DNA of 32,000 nt. It comes from Mangrovibacillus cuniculi. GTDB taxonomy: Bacteria > Bacillota > Bacilli > Bacillales > R1DC41. Every line of letters starts with the position of its first letter. The stretch's first letter is position 1. Of the stretch, positions 17,416 through 26,627 are shown one piece after another. The notes beneath the pieces were generated by a model that saw only the letters and a list, made by a program, of their open reading frames with translations, did not search any database and was not told the DNA's origin. The stretch is from NCBI RefSeq assembly GCF_015482585.1, contig NZ_CP049742.1, positions 1,693,277-1,725,276 on the forward strand, written 5' to 3'. The position numbers were made by a program, and so were the translations under genes.

Positions 17416-18426
17416 TTACTTTTTATCGCTTAGTAAATGCTTATGCTCTAACGCTTTTCCTGTACCGATGGCTACACAGTCAAGGGGGTTTTCTGCTATT
17501 AGCACTGGCATTTTTGTTTCTTCTGCGATGACTTGATCTAAGTTACGTAATAACGCTCCTCCACCAGTTAAGACTATACCACGGTCCATAATGTCTGCTG
17601 CTAGTTCTGGAGGTGTTTTTTCTAATGTTGATTTTACTGCATCTACAATGGCATCTACTGTGTCACGAAGAGCATCAGCAACTTCTTCTGCAGAGATTTC
17701 AATTGTTTTTGGTAATCCAGTTAAAAGATCACGGCCACGAATATCCATATTTGCAATGCCGTCAGCTTTTCCTGCTGAACCAATTTCTACTTTCACTTGT
17801 TCACCCGTTCTAGCACCAATCATTAGGTTGTACTTCTTACGAATAAAATTAATAATAGCATCATCCATTTCATCACCAGCTACACGTATGGATTGGCTTG
17901 TAACAATCCCACCAAGAGAAATGATAGCTACTTCTGTTGTTCCACCACCGATATCTACTACCATGCTACCTGTAGGTTCCCAAACAGGCAAATTTGCTCC
18001 GATTGCTGCTGCAAACGGCTCTTCTATCGTATAAGCATTTCGAGCTCCCGCTTGTGTTGTAGCATCTTTTACAGCTCTTTCTTCTACACGAGTAATTCCA
18101 GAGGGGACACAAACAATTACATCAGGCTTACGAGAAAATAAGCCGCCACGTGTATTAATTGCTTGTTTGATATAGTATTTCATCATCGTAGCAGTTGTTT
18201 CATAATCAGCAATTACTCCATCTTTTAATGGACGTAGCGCTGTAACGTTTCCTGGCGTTCGACCAATCATATTACGCGCTTCATTACCTACTGCAACAAT
18301 GCTTTTTGAATCTGTTTGTATCGCGACAACAGACGGTTCACGAACAATGATTCCTTTTCCTTTAACGTACACTAATGTATTTGCAGTTCCTAAGTCAATC
18401 CCTAGGTCACGTGACATTCCAAACAT
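17416..18426 (-). CDS. mreB: Rod shape-determining actin homologue MreB
   Basis: 336 aa with actin-fold motifs ([41 protein letters not shown]). Confidence 0.97.
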   Translation of the reverse strand: MFGMSRDLGIDLGTANTLVYVKGKGIIVREPSVVAIQTDSKSIVAVGNEARNMIGRTPGNVTALRPLKDGVIADYETTATMMKYYIKQAINTRGGLFSRKPDVIVCVPSGITRVEERAVKDATTQAGARNAYTIEEPFAAAIGANLPVWEPTGSMVVDIGGGTTEVAIISLGGIVTSQSIRVAGDEMDDAIINFIRKKYNLMIGARTGEQVKVEIGSAGKADGIANMDIRGRDLLTGLPKTIEISAEEVADALRDTVDAIVDAVKSTLEKTPPELAADIMDRGIVLTGGGALLRNLDQVIAEETKMPVLIAENPLDCVAIGTGKALEHKHLLSDKK

Positions 18427-18563
18427 TCAAGTATCTCCCTCTCTAGTACAATATCATCTACATAGTAAAACTATTTACTTATACTATAAAACCAATTAAA
18501 AGCATGATTTTGACAAAAAATCATAAACCATATTATACCCTAGCCCTAGCAAAAATCCTAGTG

Positions 18564-19235
18564 TCAGACATACCCTTTTTCTCTCAAGCTGATAAATCGA
18601 TTGTCCCCAATGATGATGTGATCAACGATTTCTATCCCAATAATTTTCCCGCATTCTACCAATCGTTTTGTCACTTCGATGTCTTCCCTACTAGGACTTG
18701 GGTCCCCTGAAGGATGATTATGAAAACAGACAATAGAAGCTGCGGAACGCCTAAATGCTTCCTTAAAAACTTCTCTTGGGTGAACAATAGAAGCATTTAA
18801 ACTGCCAATAAAGATTGTTTGTCTATGCAACACTTGGTTCTTCGTGTTGAGGTATAGACATACGAAGTGTTCTTGTTGCAAAGAACGCATATCGTTCATG
18901 ACATAGTTAGCACCGTCTTCCGGTGACCGTATCACATACCGATCATCAAAAGAAAGATTTTGGATCCTTCTTCCTAACTCTATCGCTGCAACAAGTTGAA
19001 CAGCCTTTGCTTCACCTATACCTTTTATAGCAATCATTTCATCCGCAGACATTTGCCCTAGTAGAGTTAAGCCATCTGATTCCTGTAAAAGTCTATTTGC
19101 TAATTGTAGAACCGACTCTTTCTTGGAACCCGTGCGAAGAAGAATAGCGAGTAATTCATGGTTGGACAACGCTTTTGCACCAGCTTGAAGAAGCCTCTCC
19201 CTGGGTCTTTCTTCACTAGGTACATCTCTAATCAT
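18564..19235 (-). CDS. radC: RadC-family JAMM-motif protein
   Basis: 223 aa with an N-terminal HhH region (IKGIGEAKAVQL) and the JAMM motif HNHPSGDPSPS. It lies between maf and mreB, as in B. subtilis. Confidence 0.93.
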   Translation of the reverse strand: MIRDVPSEERPRERLLQAGAKALSNHELLAILLRTGSKKESVLQLANRLLQESDGLTLLGQMSADEMIAIKGIGEAKAVQLVAAIELGRRIQNLSFDDRYVIRSPEDGANYVMNDMRSLQQEHFVCLYLNTKNQVLHRQTIFIGSLNASIVHPREVFKEAFRRSAASIVCFHNHPSGDPSPSREDIEVTKRLVECGKIIGIEIVDHIIIGDNRFISLREKGYV

Positions 19236-19273
19236 TAACAGTGTAATCTCTCCTTTGATACGTCAAAGGTCAC

Positions 19274-19834
19274 TTACATAAAGGTAGATGTTAACACTTG
19301 ATGTAGTTGAGATATAGGTAGTCCAACAACGGCGTAGTAGTCTCCTTTTATTTCTTTGACAAAAAGAGCACCTTTACCCTGTATACCATAAGATCCAGCT
19401 TTATCCATTGGTTCTCCCGTCTCAATATATTCTCTAATAGCCTTTTCTGTAAGAGGCCAGAATTGGACGGTAGTTTTGACAACAAATACTTTTTCTTCTT
19501 CTTCCGAAATGATAGCCACACCTGTATAAACGGTATGTTCTTTGCCTGATAATTCAGAGAGCATAGCAAAAGCATCTTCTTTCGAAGAAGGTTTCTCTAA
19601 TCGCTTTCCATTAATTGCAACAACCGTGTCCGATCCAATTACGATGGCATCTGGAGCTGTAGCAAAAACATGAATGGCTTTGCGATAGGCAAGTTCTCTT
19701 ACTGCATCTTCTGGGTAAACTTCATCCGAAAGGTCTTCTGATACTTCGCTTGGTATCGTTTCAAATGGAATTGATAGAGTTTCTAGAAGTTGTTTTCTAC
19801 GTGGAGATTGTGAAGCTAAAATGAGGCGTTTCAT
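19274..19834 (-). CDS. maf: Maf nucleoside-triphosphate pyrophosphatase (septum formation protein Maf)
   Basis: 186 aa with LILASQSPRRKQLL and DKAGSYGIQG motifs. Confidence 0.95.
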   Translation of the reverse strand: MKRLILASQSPRRKQLLETLSIPFETIPSEVSEDLSDEVYPEDAVRELAYRKAIHVFATAPDAIVIGSDTVVAINGKRLEKPSSKEDAFAMLSELSGKEHTVYTGVAIISEEEEKVFVVKTTVQFWPLTEKAIREYIETGEPMDKAGSYGIQGKGALFVKEIKGDYYAVVGLPISQLHQVLTSTFM

Positions 19835-19879
19835 GTAGTGACATCACCATTCCTTACTAGTTTTGGGAGATACGTTTCT

Positions 19880-19908
19880 ATCGTACCACTAGGACAGTAA
19901 AACGACAA
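19880..19908 (-). promoter_or_regulatory. Candidate SigA promoter of the maf-radC-mreBCD-minCD unit
   Basis: Minus strand: TTGTCG (19903-19908), 17-nt spacer, TGG-TACGAT (extended -10; TACGAT at 19880-19885), about 45 nt upstream of the maf ATG. Confidence 0.4.
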
Positions 19909-19934
19909 GAAATTACATGAAGGAGTGAAAACCC

Positions 19935-20067
19935 GTTGCCCTGCGCTACAGATGCTACGCTTTCCTAGGGGCGGGAGCTGAGCCGCTTCCCTCGCTTCGC
20001 TCAGTCCAGGGTCTCAGCCTTCCCGCTATAACCCTTAGGAGTCTTCGCATCTTCCGCTCCGGGCAAC
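19935..20067 (+). repeat. GC-rich palindromic interspersed element, long form, diverged variant (copy E)
   Basis: The interior is shared with copies A and B (ACGCTTTCC..GGGGCGGG..GCTGAGCC...GGGTCTCAGCC..CCCGCT..TTAGGAGTC..TTCCGCTCC). The termini differ: GTTGCCC...GGGCAAC and AGATGC...GCATCT. It lies between the spoIIB-like terminator and the maf promoter, antisense to local transcription. Confidence 0.8.
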
Positions 20068-20233
20068 TAAAAATGTGAACTAGAGTAGTTGAATCTAAGC
20101 CGAAATGGAACTATTAAAACCTAAAACACTCTAACAAACTCAGTACGTTATGAAATAGTAATTTACAAACATTAAGTATATTCAGTTAAGAAAGTACCAC
20201 ATCACGTGGTCCTTCATAAATTGATACTGTACG

Positions 20234-20276
20234 CGAAAAAAGCCGAAGAAGATTTTCATCCCCTCCGACTTTCGGC
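20234..20276 (-). terminator. Terminator-like hairpin after the spoIIB-like gene
   Basis: Minus strand: GCCGAA...TTCGGC followed by TTTTTTCGC. The stem is short (6 bp) and the loop is long, so this call is moderate only. Confidence 0.45.
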
Positions 20277-20302
20277 AATATTTCCTAAGAAATAGTATGT
20301 TT

Positions 20303-21256
20303 CTACAATTTATGAAGAATTGCTACAATATCCATGATCGGTGCTTGTGATTTACTGGAATGAGGATCTTTTTGAATAATGGTTGATAACTTCTTCAACT
20401 CACCTTGGACAGAAACCAAAGACTCATTCTTTATTCCTTCCATGGAAGAAAGCTCCGACACAACTTTAGAAATCTCAGCTGCTTTTTCTGCTGGTACCGT
20501 AATCGCTGCCCATTCGCTGACTTCCTTTACTACTGGCATCAATCCCTTCACAAAACTTGTTTCCGTCTCACTTAGCCCTTCCCAATTACTAGCAGGTAGT
20601 TCTATAGGCTTAGCAAACACTTCAATACCTTCAAAGAATCCACTCATCACTTTTGCAGATTCCACTGACTCTGACATTCCGACAATAATAGCAGTGTTAT
20701 TTTGCAGAGTTAGAGCTTTACTAGAAATCCCTTTAGCAGTAAGTTGCTCTTGGAAAACAGTAGCCGCTCCTTCTTCCGTGAACACACCTGCCTGTATAAT
20801 TGCCATTGTCAATGGTTCTAACGTAACAGCCCCTCCACCAGACGCTGCTGATGGTTCTTCTGTTACTGTTGTATTCGGTTGCTGTTGAATGGCTGGTGCT
20901 GCTGTCTGTTCATCACTAGACGCTAACCAAATAAGTCCGTAACCGAACAATAAACCTAACCCAATAGCCAAAGAAAAAGCGAAAAGAAATGGAATCCAAG
21001 ACCAACTAGAAGATACCTTCTTCTTCCCTGGTGTAATAGGAGCATCATTCACATAATGAATTTTTCGGTACTCTGGGATTTCTTCCTCATCAGGTAAAAC
21101 CCATGTAAACTCATCTTCCTCTCGCACTCCATCATCCTTAAGCGGAACAGCTTCTTCACTAGCTGCAATTTCTCCATTAGCGCTTCTCCAATCTTGCACT
21201 TTCATCTCTTCTTGTTTGTTTAACTTAATGGTTATGTCTGGCTTTTTCTTTTCCAT
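20303..21256 (-). CDS. SpoIIB-like membrane protein with C-terminal SPOR-like domain
   Basis: The ATG at 21256 (MEKKKPDITIKLNKQEE...) follows AAGGTGG by 6 nt. The ORF-track extension to 21364 would run through a terminator. It has an acidic N-terminal region with FTWVLPDEEE, one TM, then AIIQAGVFTEEGAATVFQEQLTAKGISSKAL...IIVGMSES, which resembles a SPOR repeat. Its position directly upstream of maf equals that of spoIIB in B. subtilis. Confidence 0.65.
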   Translation of the reverse strand: MEKKKPDITIKLNKQEEMKVQDWRSANGEIAASEEAVPLKDDGVREEDEFTWVLPDEEEIPEYRKIHYVNDAPITPGKKKVSSSWSWIPFLFAFSLAIGLGLLFGYGLIWLASSDEQTAAPAIQQQPNTTVTEEPSAASGGGAVTLEPLTMAIIQAGVFTEEGAATVFQEQLTAKGISSKALTLQNNTAIIVGMSESVESAKVMSGFFEGIEVFAKPIELPASNWEGLSETETSFVKGLMPVVKEVSEWAAITVPAEKAAEISKVVSELSSMEGIKNESLVSVQGELKKLSTIIQKDPHSSKSQAPIMDIVAILHKL

Positions 21257-21303
21257 ACGATCCCACCTTGTACCCACTTGTTTGTCCCATCCTATCATGT
21301 AGG

Positions 21304-21337
21304 TAAAAAAAAAGAACAAGACTTTTGTCGTCTTATT
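21304..21337 (-). terminator. Intrinsic terminator ending the type IV pilus operon
   Basis: Minus-strand RNA: AAUAAGAC-GACAAAA-GUCUUGUU (8 bp including one G-U that forms only in this sense), followed by C plus a run of nine U. Confidence 0.7.
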
Positions 21338-21356
21338 CCAAAGGATTTTCGTCAAA

Positions 21357-21803
21357 TTATTCATCTGTGTTATCTGTTATGGCAGAGATAGACAAGTTAC
21401 TAACCGCAATAGGCGAAGTTTCTCCATCCACTGTGCACAGATTTTTTGTTTTTCCGATAAAGCATACTTTCGTAACTCGTTCTTCCTCTATGACAATATA
21501 ACTATTTTCATTTGATTCAATAGTTTCTCTTGTAAATGGATCTTTTATTGGCTCCAGCATACCGTGATCCACTAATTGTTTATACGTCAATTTAGTAGGA
21601 GCCTCTATCCCCACATGATTCTTGACATAAAATGTCCCTGCGTCTTTTAACGCTATGGCATTAGCAACTAGAGCATCTTTTTTTGCTCTTTCTAAGAGAC
21701 CACCAATAGCAATGGTCGCAATCAGAGCGATGATTCCTAGAATTACCACTACTGCTAATAACTCGACTAAAGTGTATCCTTTTTCATTAAGGCGTTTCTT
21801 CAT
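21357..21803 (-). CDS. Type IV pilin-like protein (minor pilin; prepilin-type N-terminal cleavage/methylation domain)
   Basis: 148 aa. The class III signal is MKKRLNEKG|YTLVELLAVVVILGIIALIA, with Gly-1 and Glu+5. RBS GGAG 6 nt upstream. It overlaps the pilO end by 17 nt. Confidence 0.85.
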   Translation of the reverse strand: MKKRLNEKGYTLVELLAVVVILGIIALIATIAIGGLLERAKKDALVANAIALKDAGTFYVKNHVGIEAPTKLTYKQLVDHGMLEPIKDPFTRETIESNENSYIVIEEERVTKVCFIGKTKNLCTVDGETSPIAVSNLSISAITDNTDE

Positions 21804-22551
21804 CTTGATCTCCAGTACTAAAGGTTTGTAAAGGATTCTCTTTTTCCGCTGGTAAAGGCGTATCTAATTTCGGTAATTGATCTACTAGATCTGTTAACTC
21901 AGGTAAATAAAAAGCGGACACTACAACACTGACAGACATAGGAGCAGTGGACTGATCAATCGTTTGAATCTCTTCTTGACCAGCAAATGTCAAAGAAGAA
22001 ACGACATGAATTCTCTCCAGTTTCTCAATCTCTTTAATAAAGTTCTCTAATTCATAATAACTAGGTGACTCAATTTCTAACGTAGTAGTAATTCTTTTTA
22101 AGGAAGCTGGAAGCGCAATTGCTGTTTCTGTAGTGGCGCTTTCTTCTGTACTTCCACCACTCAAATTTTCAATGTCTTCTTCTGTAGTAGTTTCACTACC
22201 CGTTAAAACAGGTGTATATGCTTCATCAGCAAAAGAAGTATTTTTTATAACCACACCTGACACAATTTCTGCTCGTTCTAATTGTAAAATGATTTGTTCT
22301 GTTAATGGCTTAACTGGGATGTTGCGCTGCAAAGCAGTGCTTCCATCTTGGACTGAAACAGTTTTAGCAGACGAAGAAGACTCCAATGCTGAAATTAGCC
22401 TCTCCTCGTTTTCCACTTGTTGTTCCATTAGTTTCGCATCAGACATTTTTGGATAATAGAGTGCAAAATAAATGCCACCGGAAAGTAGAGACATAAATAA
22501 AAAAGAGGACACAATCGTGAACAATTCTTTATTTGTTAGTGAAATATTCAC
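21787..22551 (-). CDS. pilO: PilO-like type IV pilus assembly protein
   Basis: 254 aa with a single N-terminal TM, then a coiled coil (MEQQVENEERLISALE) and an alpha/beta C-terminal part plus an acidic tail. Its position after pilMN fits. The GTG start overlaps the pilMN TGA (GTGA). The assignment rests on architecture and context rather than strong motifs. Confidence 0.65.
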   Translation of the reverse strand: MNISLTNKELFTIVSSFLFMSLLSGGIYFALYYPKMSDAKLMEQQVENEERLISALESSSSAKTVSVQDGSTALQRNIPVKPLTEQIILQLERAEIVSGVVIKNTSFADEAYTPVLTGSETTTEEDIENLSGGSTEESATTETAIALPASLKRITTTLEIESPSYYELENFIKEIEKLERIHVVSSLTFAGQEEIQTIDQSTAPMSVSVVVSAFYLPELTDLVDQLPKLDTPLPAEKENPLQTFSTGDQDEETP

Positions 22552-24089
22552 GATGTAGGTTCCTCCTTTCCCTTCTTTCTAAAAGCATCTGGTTTTAGAA
22601 CTATATCAAATGTACCTATGTAACGAGGCATTACATCTTGTATACTGTCTTCTATTTCTTGTGTAGAAATAGAAAGTAACGTTGCATTTTCGATATTCTC
22701 AGATCCTAACAATCTATCTAAGTAGAACGCTACCTCTCTAGATGTATCAAATTGAACAGTTAAGGAAATCGTTCCAGTTTCCGAATAACCATACTGTTGA
22801 AAGAATCCTCTTTCCGGAAGCAAAGATACTAAATGTTCTAATACATCCGAAGAAACAACAGGGTACTCATTGGCCCATTGAATAGTAGAGGATAGCTGTT
22901 GATAAGAACTAGAAGCAGTAAAAGCTGAAGCATTTGCTTCCATCGTAGAGCGTACCTCTGTTACTTGAGCCAACTCTTTCTCCACTCTATCTAAGTTCTT
23001 CCCTTCCATGAAGGATAAGCCACCAATAATTGCTGAAACAACAATTCCTGTCACGACAAAACCTAAGCTCCATAGCTTCGGATAATCATGCGTTTTCTCT
23101 TTTTTAGGGAGGAGGTTAATATCGATTTGCATTCTATCTCCCCCTTTTAAAGCTAGTCCAATGACGGAAACAAACGCATCTGTTGCAATAACGTCATTTG
23201 CTGAGGTTATGGAGTCTCTTTTCATTAACACGTAAGGCAATTCTACCTGCTGACTAAAATACATGGCGATTTCATGAAGCCTTGGATGATCTCCTGTAAA
23301 CAGGAGTTTCGTAATTTGATTGTCTCCCTTATGAACGGTATAACGATAAAAGTTCATCACCTTTTCGAACTCTTTGAAAATAGTTGTCATCTTAACAGAT
23401 AAATCCACATTCCCCATGTCTGATTCAATAAATTCATCTTCAAACGTCAATTCAATCGGTCTCATGAACACAGGAATATCTTCATGAAAGATAGACACGG
23501 TCGCTTCACTCTCATCGATAGAAACAATCATGGCATGTTCCTCTGAAGATACGAATTGCTCATGAGAAAAATAACGATATAAAGATAAGGCAGACACTTC
23601 TGCTTGCTTTGGTTTCAAGCCAGCTTCTTGAAGAATGTCTTGATAGTTTTTCACTATTTCAAGTGGCGCTGCGAAAAAGAGGATTTCATTTATTTCCGAC
23701 TGTTGTAATGGAACAAAGTCAAAAACAGGCTCTTCAAAAGGTAAATGAATAGAACTACCAATCTCCATAAAAAGATAACCTCTGATCTCATCTAGTAACA
23801 CGTCTTCTGGTAAGGTAATTTTACGAATGACCACAAAAGGATTCGGAACTAAAAATTGCACACTTTTCCTTCTCCACTTTTCCTCCTCTACCAAACTAGA
23901 AAGAATCGCCAACAACGTTTCTCTTTCTTTCACTTCGCCACCTTCAATAACACCTTCCGGAAGCTTTCTCTCAATTAAACTATGAAAATGTAGATCTTGG
24001 TCACTTTTACGCAAACCTGCTCGTATACACGTATCAGAAAACACCACACTCACCATATCAGGAGTGCGAGCGAAAGAAGAAAATACCAT
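22548..24089 (-). CDS. pilMN: PilM-PilN fusion protein (actin-like ATPase domain + INLLP/TM PilN module)
   Basis: 513 aa. Residues 1-320 are PilM/FtsA-like. DINLLPKKEK, followed by a TM (LWSLGFVVTGIVVSAIIGGLSF) and a PilN-type periplasmic region, then follows. Confidence 0.8.
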   Translation of the reverse strand: MVFSSFARTPDMVSVVFSDTCIRAGLRKSDQDLHFHSLIERKLPEGVIEGGEVKERETLLAILSSLVEEEKWRRKSVQFLVPNPFVVIRKITLPEDVLLDEIRGYLFMEIGSSIHLPFEEPVFDFVPLQQSEINEILFFAAPLEIVKNYQDILQEAGLKPKQAEVSALSLYRYFSHEQFVSSEEHAMIVSIDESEATVSIFHEDIPVFMRPIELTFEDEFIESDMGNVDLSVKMTTIFKEFEKVMNFYRYTVHKGDNQITKLLFTGDHPRLHEIAMYFSQQVELPYVLMKRDSITSANDVIATDAFVSVIGLALKGGDRMQIDINLLPKKEKTHDYPKLWSLGFVVTGIVVSAIIGGLSFMEGKNLDRVEKELAQVTEVRSTMEANASAFTASSSYQQLSSTIQWANEYPVVSSDVLEHLVSLLPERGFFQQYGYSETGTISLTVQFDTSREVAFYLDRLLGSENIENATLLSISTQEIEDSIQDVMPRYIGTFDIVLKPDAFRKKGKEEPTS

Positions 24090-24104
24090 ATAAGTTGACT
24101 CCCT

Positions 24105-24848
24105 CTACATAAAATAAGTTACATACCAAAAAATTAAATCTTCTCCGTTAAAATAGGCCACTAACACACCAAGGGATATGAACGGTCCAAACGGTACAGC
24201 TTGTTTCCTAGATGCTTTTCGGAAAGTCATCAAGATCACCCCTACAACTGCTCCAAATGCACTAGCTAACATAAACGACAATAATGTTAATTTCCATCCA
24301 AGAACAAAACCAATAACAGCATAGAGTTTAATGTCTCCTCCACCCATACCACCTTTACTGATAATCGCGATAAGTAATAGAAGTATGAAACCAACAGCTG
24401 CCCCAATGAAGGAATCCAACCAGGGTATCCACGAGAACCAAATATGCGTTACTAGAAAAAATGATGCAAACCATAGTAAAATACGATCTGGAATTAACAT
24501 AAAATGCAAATCTGAAATAGAAATGATGACTAATAAAGAAATGAGGAGAAGTGCTACTAACAGCTCTGCTGATAAGCCCACTTTCCAATAGGCGAACGCA
24601 AACAGGAACCCCGTTAGTGCTTCCATGATAGGATAAATGGGGGATATCGGTGTGCGGCAAGAAGAACACTTTCCACGAACCAAAAAATACGAGACAACAG
24701 GAATCAATTCCCACGCCTTCAACTCATGCCCACAATGTGGACAAGCCGACCGTGGAGCCACGATCGACTTTTTCTGTGGTACACGGATGCCCACTACATT
24801 GTAGAACGAGCCTAGGAGTAGGCCGTAGATTAAGACTAAATACATCAT
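24105..24848 (-). CDS. pilD: Prepilin peptidase / N-methyltransferase (A24 family; PilD/ComC)
   Basis: 247 aa with the Cys motif CPHCGHEL...CSSC, polytopic TM segments, and catalytic Asp contexts (SISDLHFMLIPD, GGGDIKL). It starts 5 nt after the pilA stop without an obvious SD. Confidence 0.93.
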   Translation of the reverse strand: MMYLVLIYGLLLGSFYNVVGIRVPQKKSIVAPRSACPHCGHELKAWELIPVVSYFLVRGKCSSCRTPISPIYPIMEALTGFLFAFAYWKVGLSAELLVALLLISLLVIISISDLHFMLIPDRILLWFASFFLVTHIWFSWIPWLDSFIGAAVGFILLLLIAIISKGGMGGGDIKLYAVIGFVLGWKLTLLSFMLASAFGAVVGVILMTFRKASRKQAVPFGPFISLGVLVAYFNGEDLIFWYVTYFM

Positions 24849-24853
24849 AATAA

Positions 24854-25309
24854 TTAAGGGGTAACATTAGGATCTGCAAGGGATCCTGTTGTAATAACGC
24901 TTGCTCGGTTAATTTCTCCTTCATTTTCCCATAATCCTCTAACTGAAGTTTGAAGTCTAACAGTATACTTATATGTATTACCTGTTTTAGTAACTGTTAC
25001 TCCAGATACTGTTTCGTTATATTGTTCACTATCAGGACTATCAAAATTATCAATTAAATTTTCATCTTTCATTTGTTTTAAAGTTTTTGTTCCAGTAAAG
25101 TCTGGATCACCTGTTACATAAACCTTCATGGAGTTAATCATGGTAGTCGCATTCGCCACGTGTGCGTCCTTACGAGAATTATCAATTAAACCACCAATAC
25201 TAGGTATAGCAATCGCTGCAATAATACCAAGAATAACTACTACTGCTAAAAGCTCAATTAGCGTTAAACCTTTTTGCTCTTTTAACTTTTGTGAAATGAA
25301 TTTCAACAT
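24854..25309 (-). CDS. pilA: Type IV major pilin candidate (PilA-like)
   Basis: 151 aa. MLKFISQKLKEQKG|LTLIELLAVVVILGIIAAIAIPS is a prepilin signal with Glu+5. It has the strongest RBS of the operon (GTAGGAGGAG) and is preceded by a 106-nt spacer. Confidence 0.85.
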   Translation of the reverse strand: MLKFISQKLKEQKGLTLIELLAVVVILGIIAAIAIPSIGGLIDNSRKDAHVANATTMINSMKVYVTGDPDFTGTKTLKQMKDENLIDNFDSPDSEQYNETVSGVTVTKTGNTYKYTVRLQTSVRGLWENEGEINRASVITTGSLADPNVTP

Positions 25310-25415
25310 CTTTTCTCCTCCTACTATAGGTAATTCTATCTAACTATCATTATATATGACAGAGTTTGTTTAATCATTATCAATTTCGCAAAAACTGCTA
25401 AAATCTTTCAAAAAA

Positions 25416-26627
25416 TTAGTAATTTTGCACATTGTTAAATACTTCAAACATTGGAACCATAATTGAGGTTACAATCGTTCCTACTAATCCTGCTAACACG
25501 ACGATCATCAGTGGTTCAATCAACGACTTTAAACGGTCTGTTGCATTGTCTACTTCTATCTCGTAGAAATCAGCTACTTTCCCAAGCATTTGATCCAACG
25601 ATCCTGTTTCTTCCCCAATGGCAATCATTTGCGTTACCAAAGGTGGAAATGCCCAGTGTTCTTTCATAGGACTCGTTAATGAGCTTCCTCTTTCTAGAGA
25701 ACTTCTAGATTGGCGAATGACTTTTGCAATTACTTCATTCTCCACGATTTTCTCTACGATGGTAAGCGCCTGGAGAATAGGGACAGAACTAGAAAACAGA
25801 GAGCTTAGTGTTCTAGTCATTCTTGCCAAAACAGCTTTTTGAACAATCGGACCAAAAATAGGAGTTCGCAACAAAGCGTAATCTAATAGATACTTCGTTT
25901 CTGCTTTTCTTCTCATGAACATCAATACAACTAAAAGTAAAATAAACATACCAACTATTACATACCAAAACTGCTGCATAAACGCACTAGCATTTAAGAC
26001 AAATTGAGTAATAGCAGGTAGTTCTCCACCAAAATCATTAAACATGGTTACGAATGTAGGAACAACTGCTACTAATAAGAAGATAACTACTCCAATCGCA
26101 ATGAAACCAACTACTAACGGATAAGCTAAAGCAGAAACAATTTTTTGTTTTGTCTGATTCGCTTTTTCATAATGATCTCCCAATCTCTCTAATGATTCAT
26201 CTAAGGAACCCGTTGCCTCTCCTGCTCGAATCATATTGATAAAAATTGGTTCAAAGATTCTCGAATGCTTAGTACATGCTTCTGATAATGGGTTTCCTTC
26301 TCGTAAGTCTACTTCAATGTCTAATAAAGCTTTTGCTAAAGGTTTACTGTCTGTTTGAGCGGCTACTATTTTCGTCGCTTCTACTACTGTGATACCTGCT
26401 TTTAACAACGTTGAAAACTGACGTAAGAAGATCATAAAATGTTGCAGTTTCACCGGATTTCCAATAGCAATATCTTTTGTCAAAATAGTCTCTGCTTGTT
26501 GATTAATCTCGGTAACACGAATACCTTGTTTTTGCAAATTGACTATGGCATCTCGCCTAGAATCCGCTGTTATGACTCCAGCCTTCACTCCACTTTTACT
26601 TCTACCTTTATAACGGAAACGCGCCAT
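25416..26627 (-). CDS. pilC: Type IV pilus inner-membrane platform protein PilC (GspF family)
   Basis: 403 aa with two T2SF repeats and three TM segments. The ATG overlaps the pilT TAA (TAATG). Confidence 0.92.
   Translation of the reverse strand: MARFRYKGRSKSGVKAGVITADSRRDAIVNLQKQGIRVTEINQQAETILTKDIAIGNPVKLQHFMIFLRQFSTLLKAGITVVEATKIVAAQTDSKPLAKALLDIEVDLREGNPLSEACTKHSRIFEPIFINMIRAGEATGSLDESLERLGDHYEKANQTKQKIVSALAYPLVVGFIAIGVVIFLLVAVVPTFVTMFNDFGGELPAITQFVLNASAFMQQFWYVIVGMFILLLVVLMFMRRKAETKYLLDYALLRTPIFGPIVQKAVLARMTRTLSSLFSSSVPILQALTIVEKIVENEVIAKVIRQSRSSLERGSSLTSPMKEHWAFPPLVTQMIAIGEETGSLDQMLGKVADFYEIEVDNATDRLKSLIEPLMIVVLAGLVGTIVTSIMVPMFEVFNNVQNY

Noticed and set aside
17591-18034. 147-aa plus-strand ORF antisense to mreB (and similar antisense ORFs at 20379..20888, 22133..22456 and 13440..13706)
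   Set aside because: They lie entirely within strongly supported minus-strand genes. Their Ser/Pro/Thr-rich, biased composition is characteristic of antisense frames, and none has an RBS.
18427-18563. Candidate internal promoter upstream of mreB (GGG-TATAAT near 18530 on the minus strand, and an AT hairpin at 18504-18524)
   Set aside because: A good -10 is present but there is no acceptable -35 at 16-18 nt, and the hairpin is AT-only. This is not enough to call a feature.
21720-25270. Identical ELLAVVVILGIIA segment in both pilins, considered as a recombination cassette for pilin variation
   Set aside because: At the nucleotide level the two segments differ at many synonymous positions (GAGCTTTTAGCAGTAGTAGTTATTCTTGGT versus GAGTTATTAGCAGTAGTGGTAATTCTAGGA). 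The identity therefore reflects purifying selection on the class III signal and helix, not recent gene conversion.
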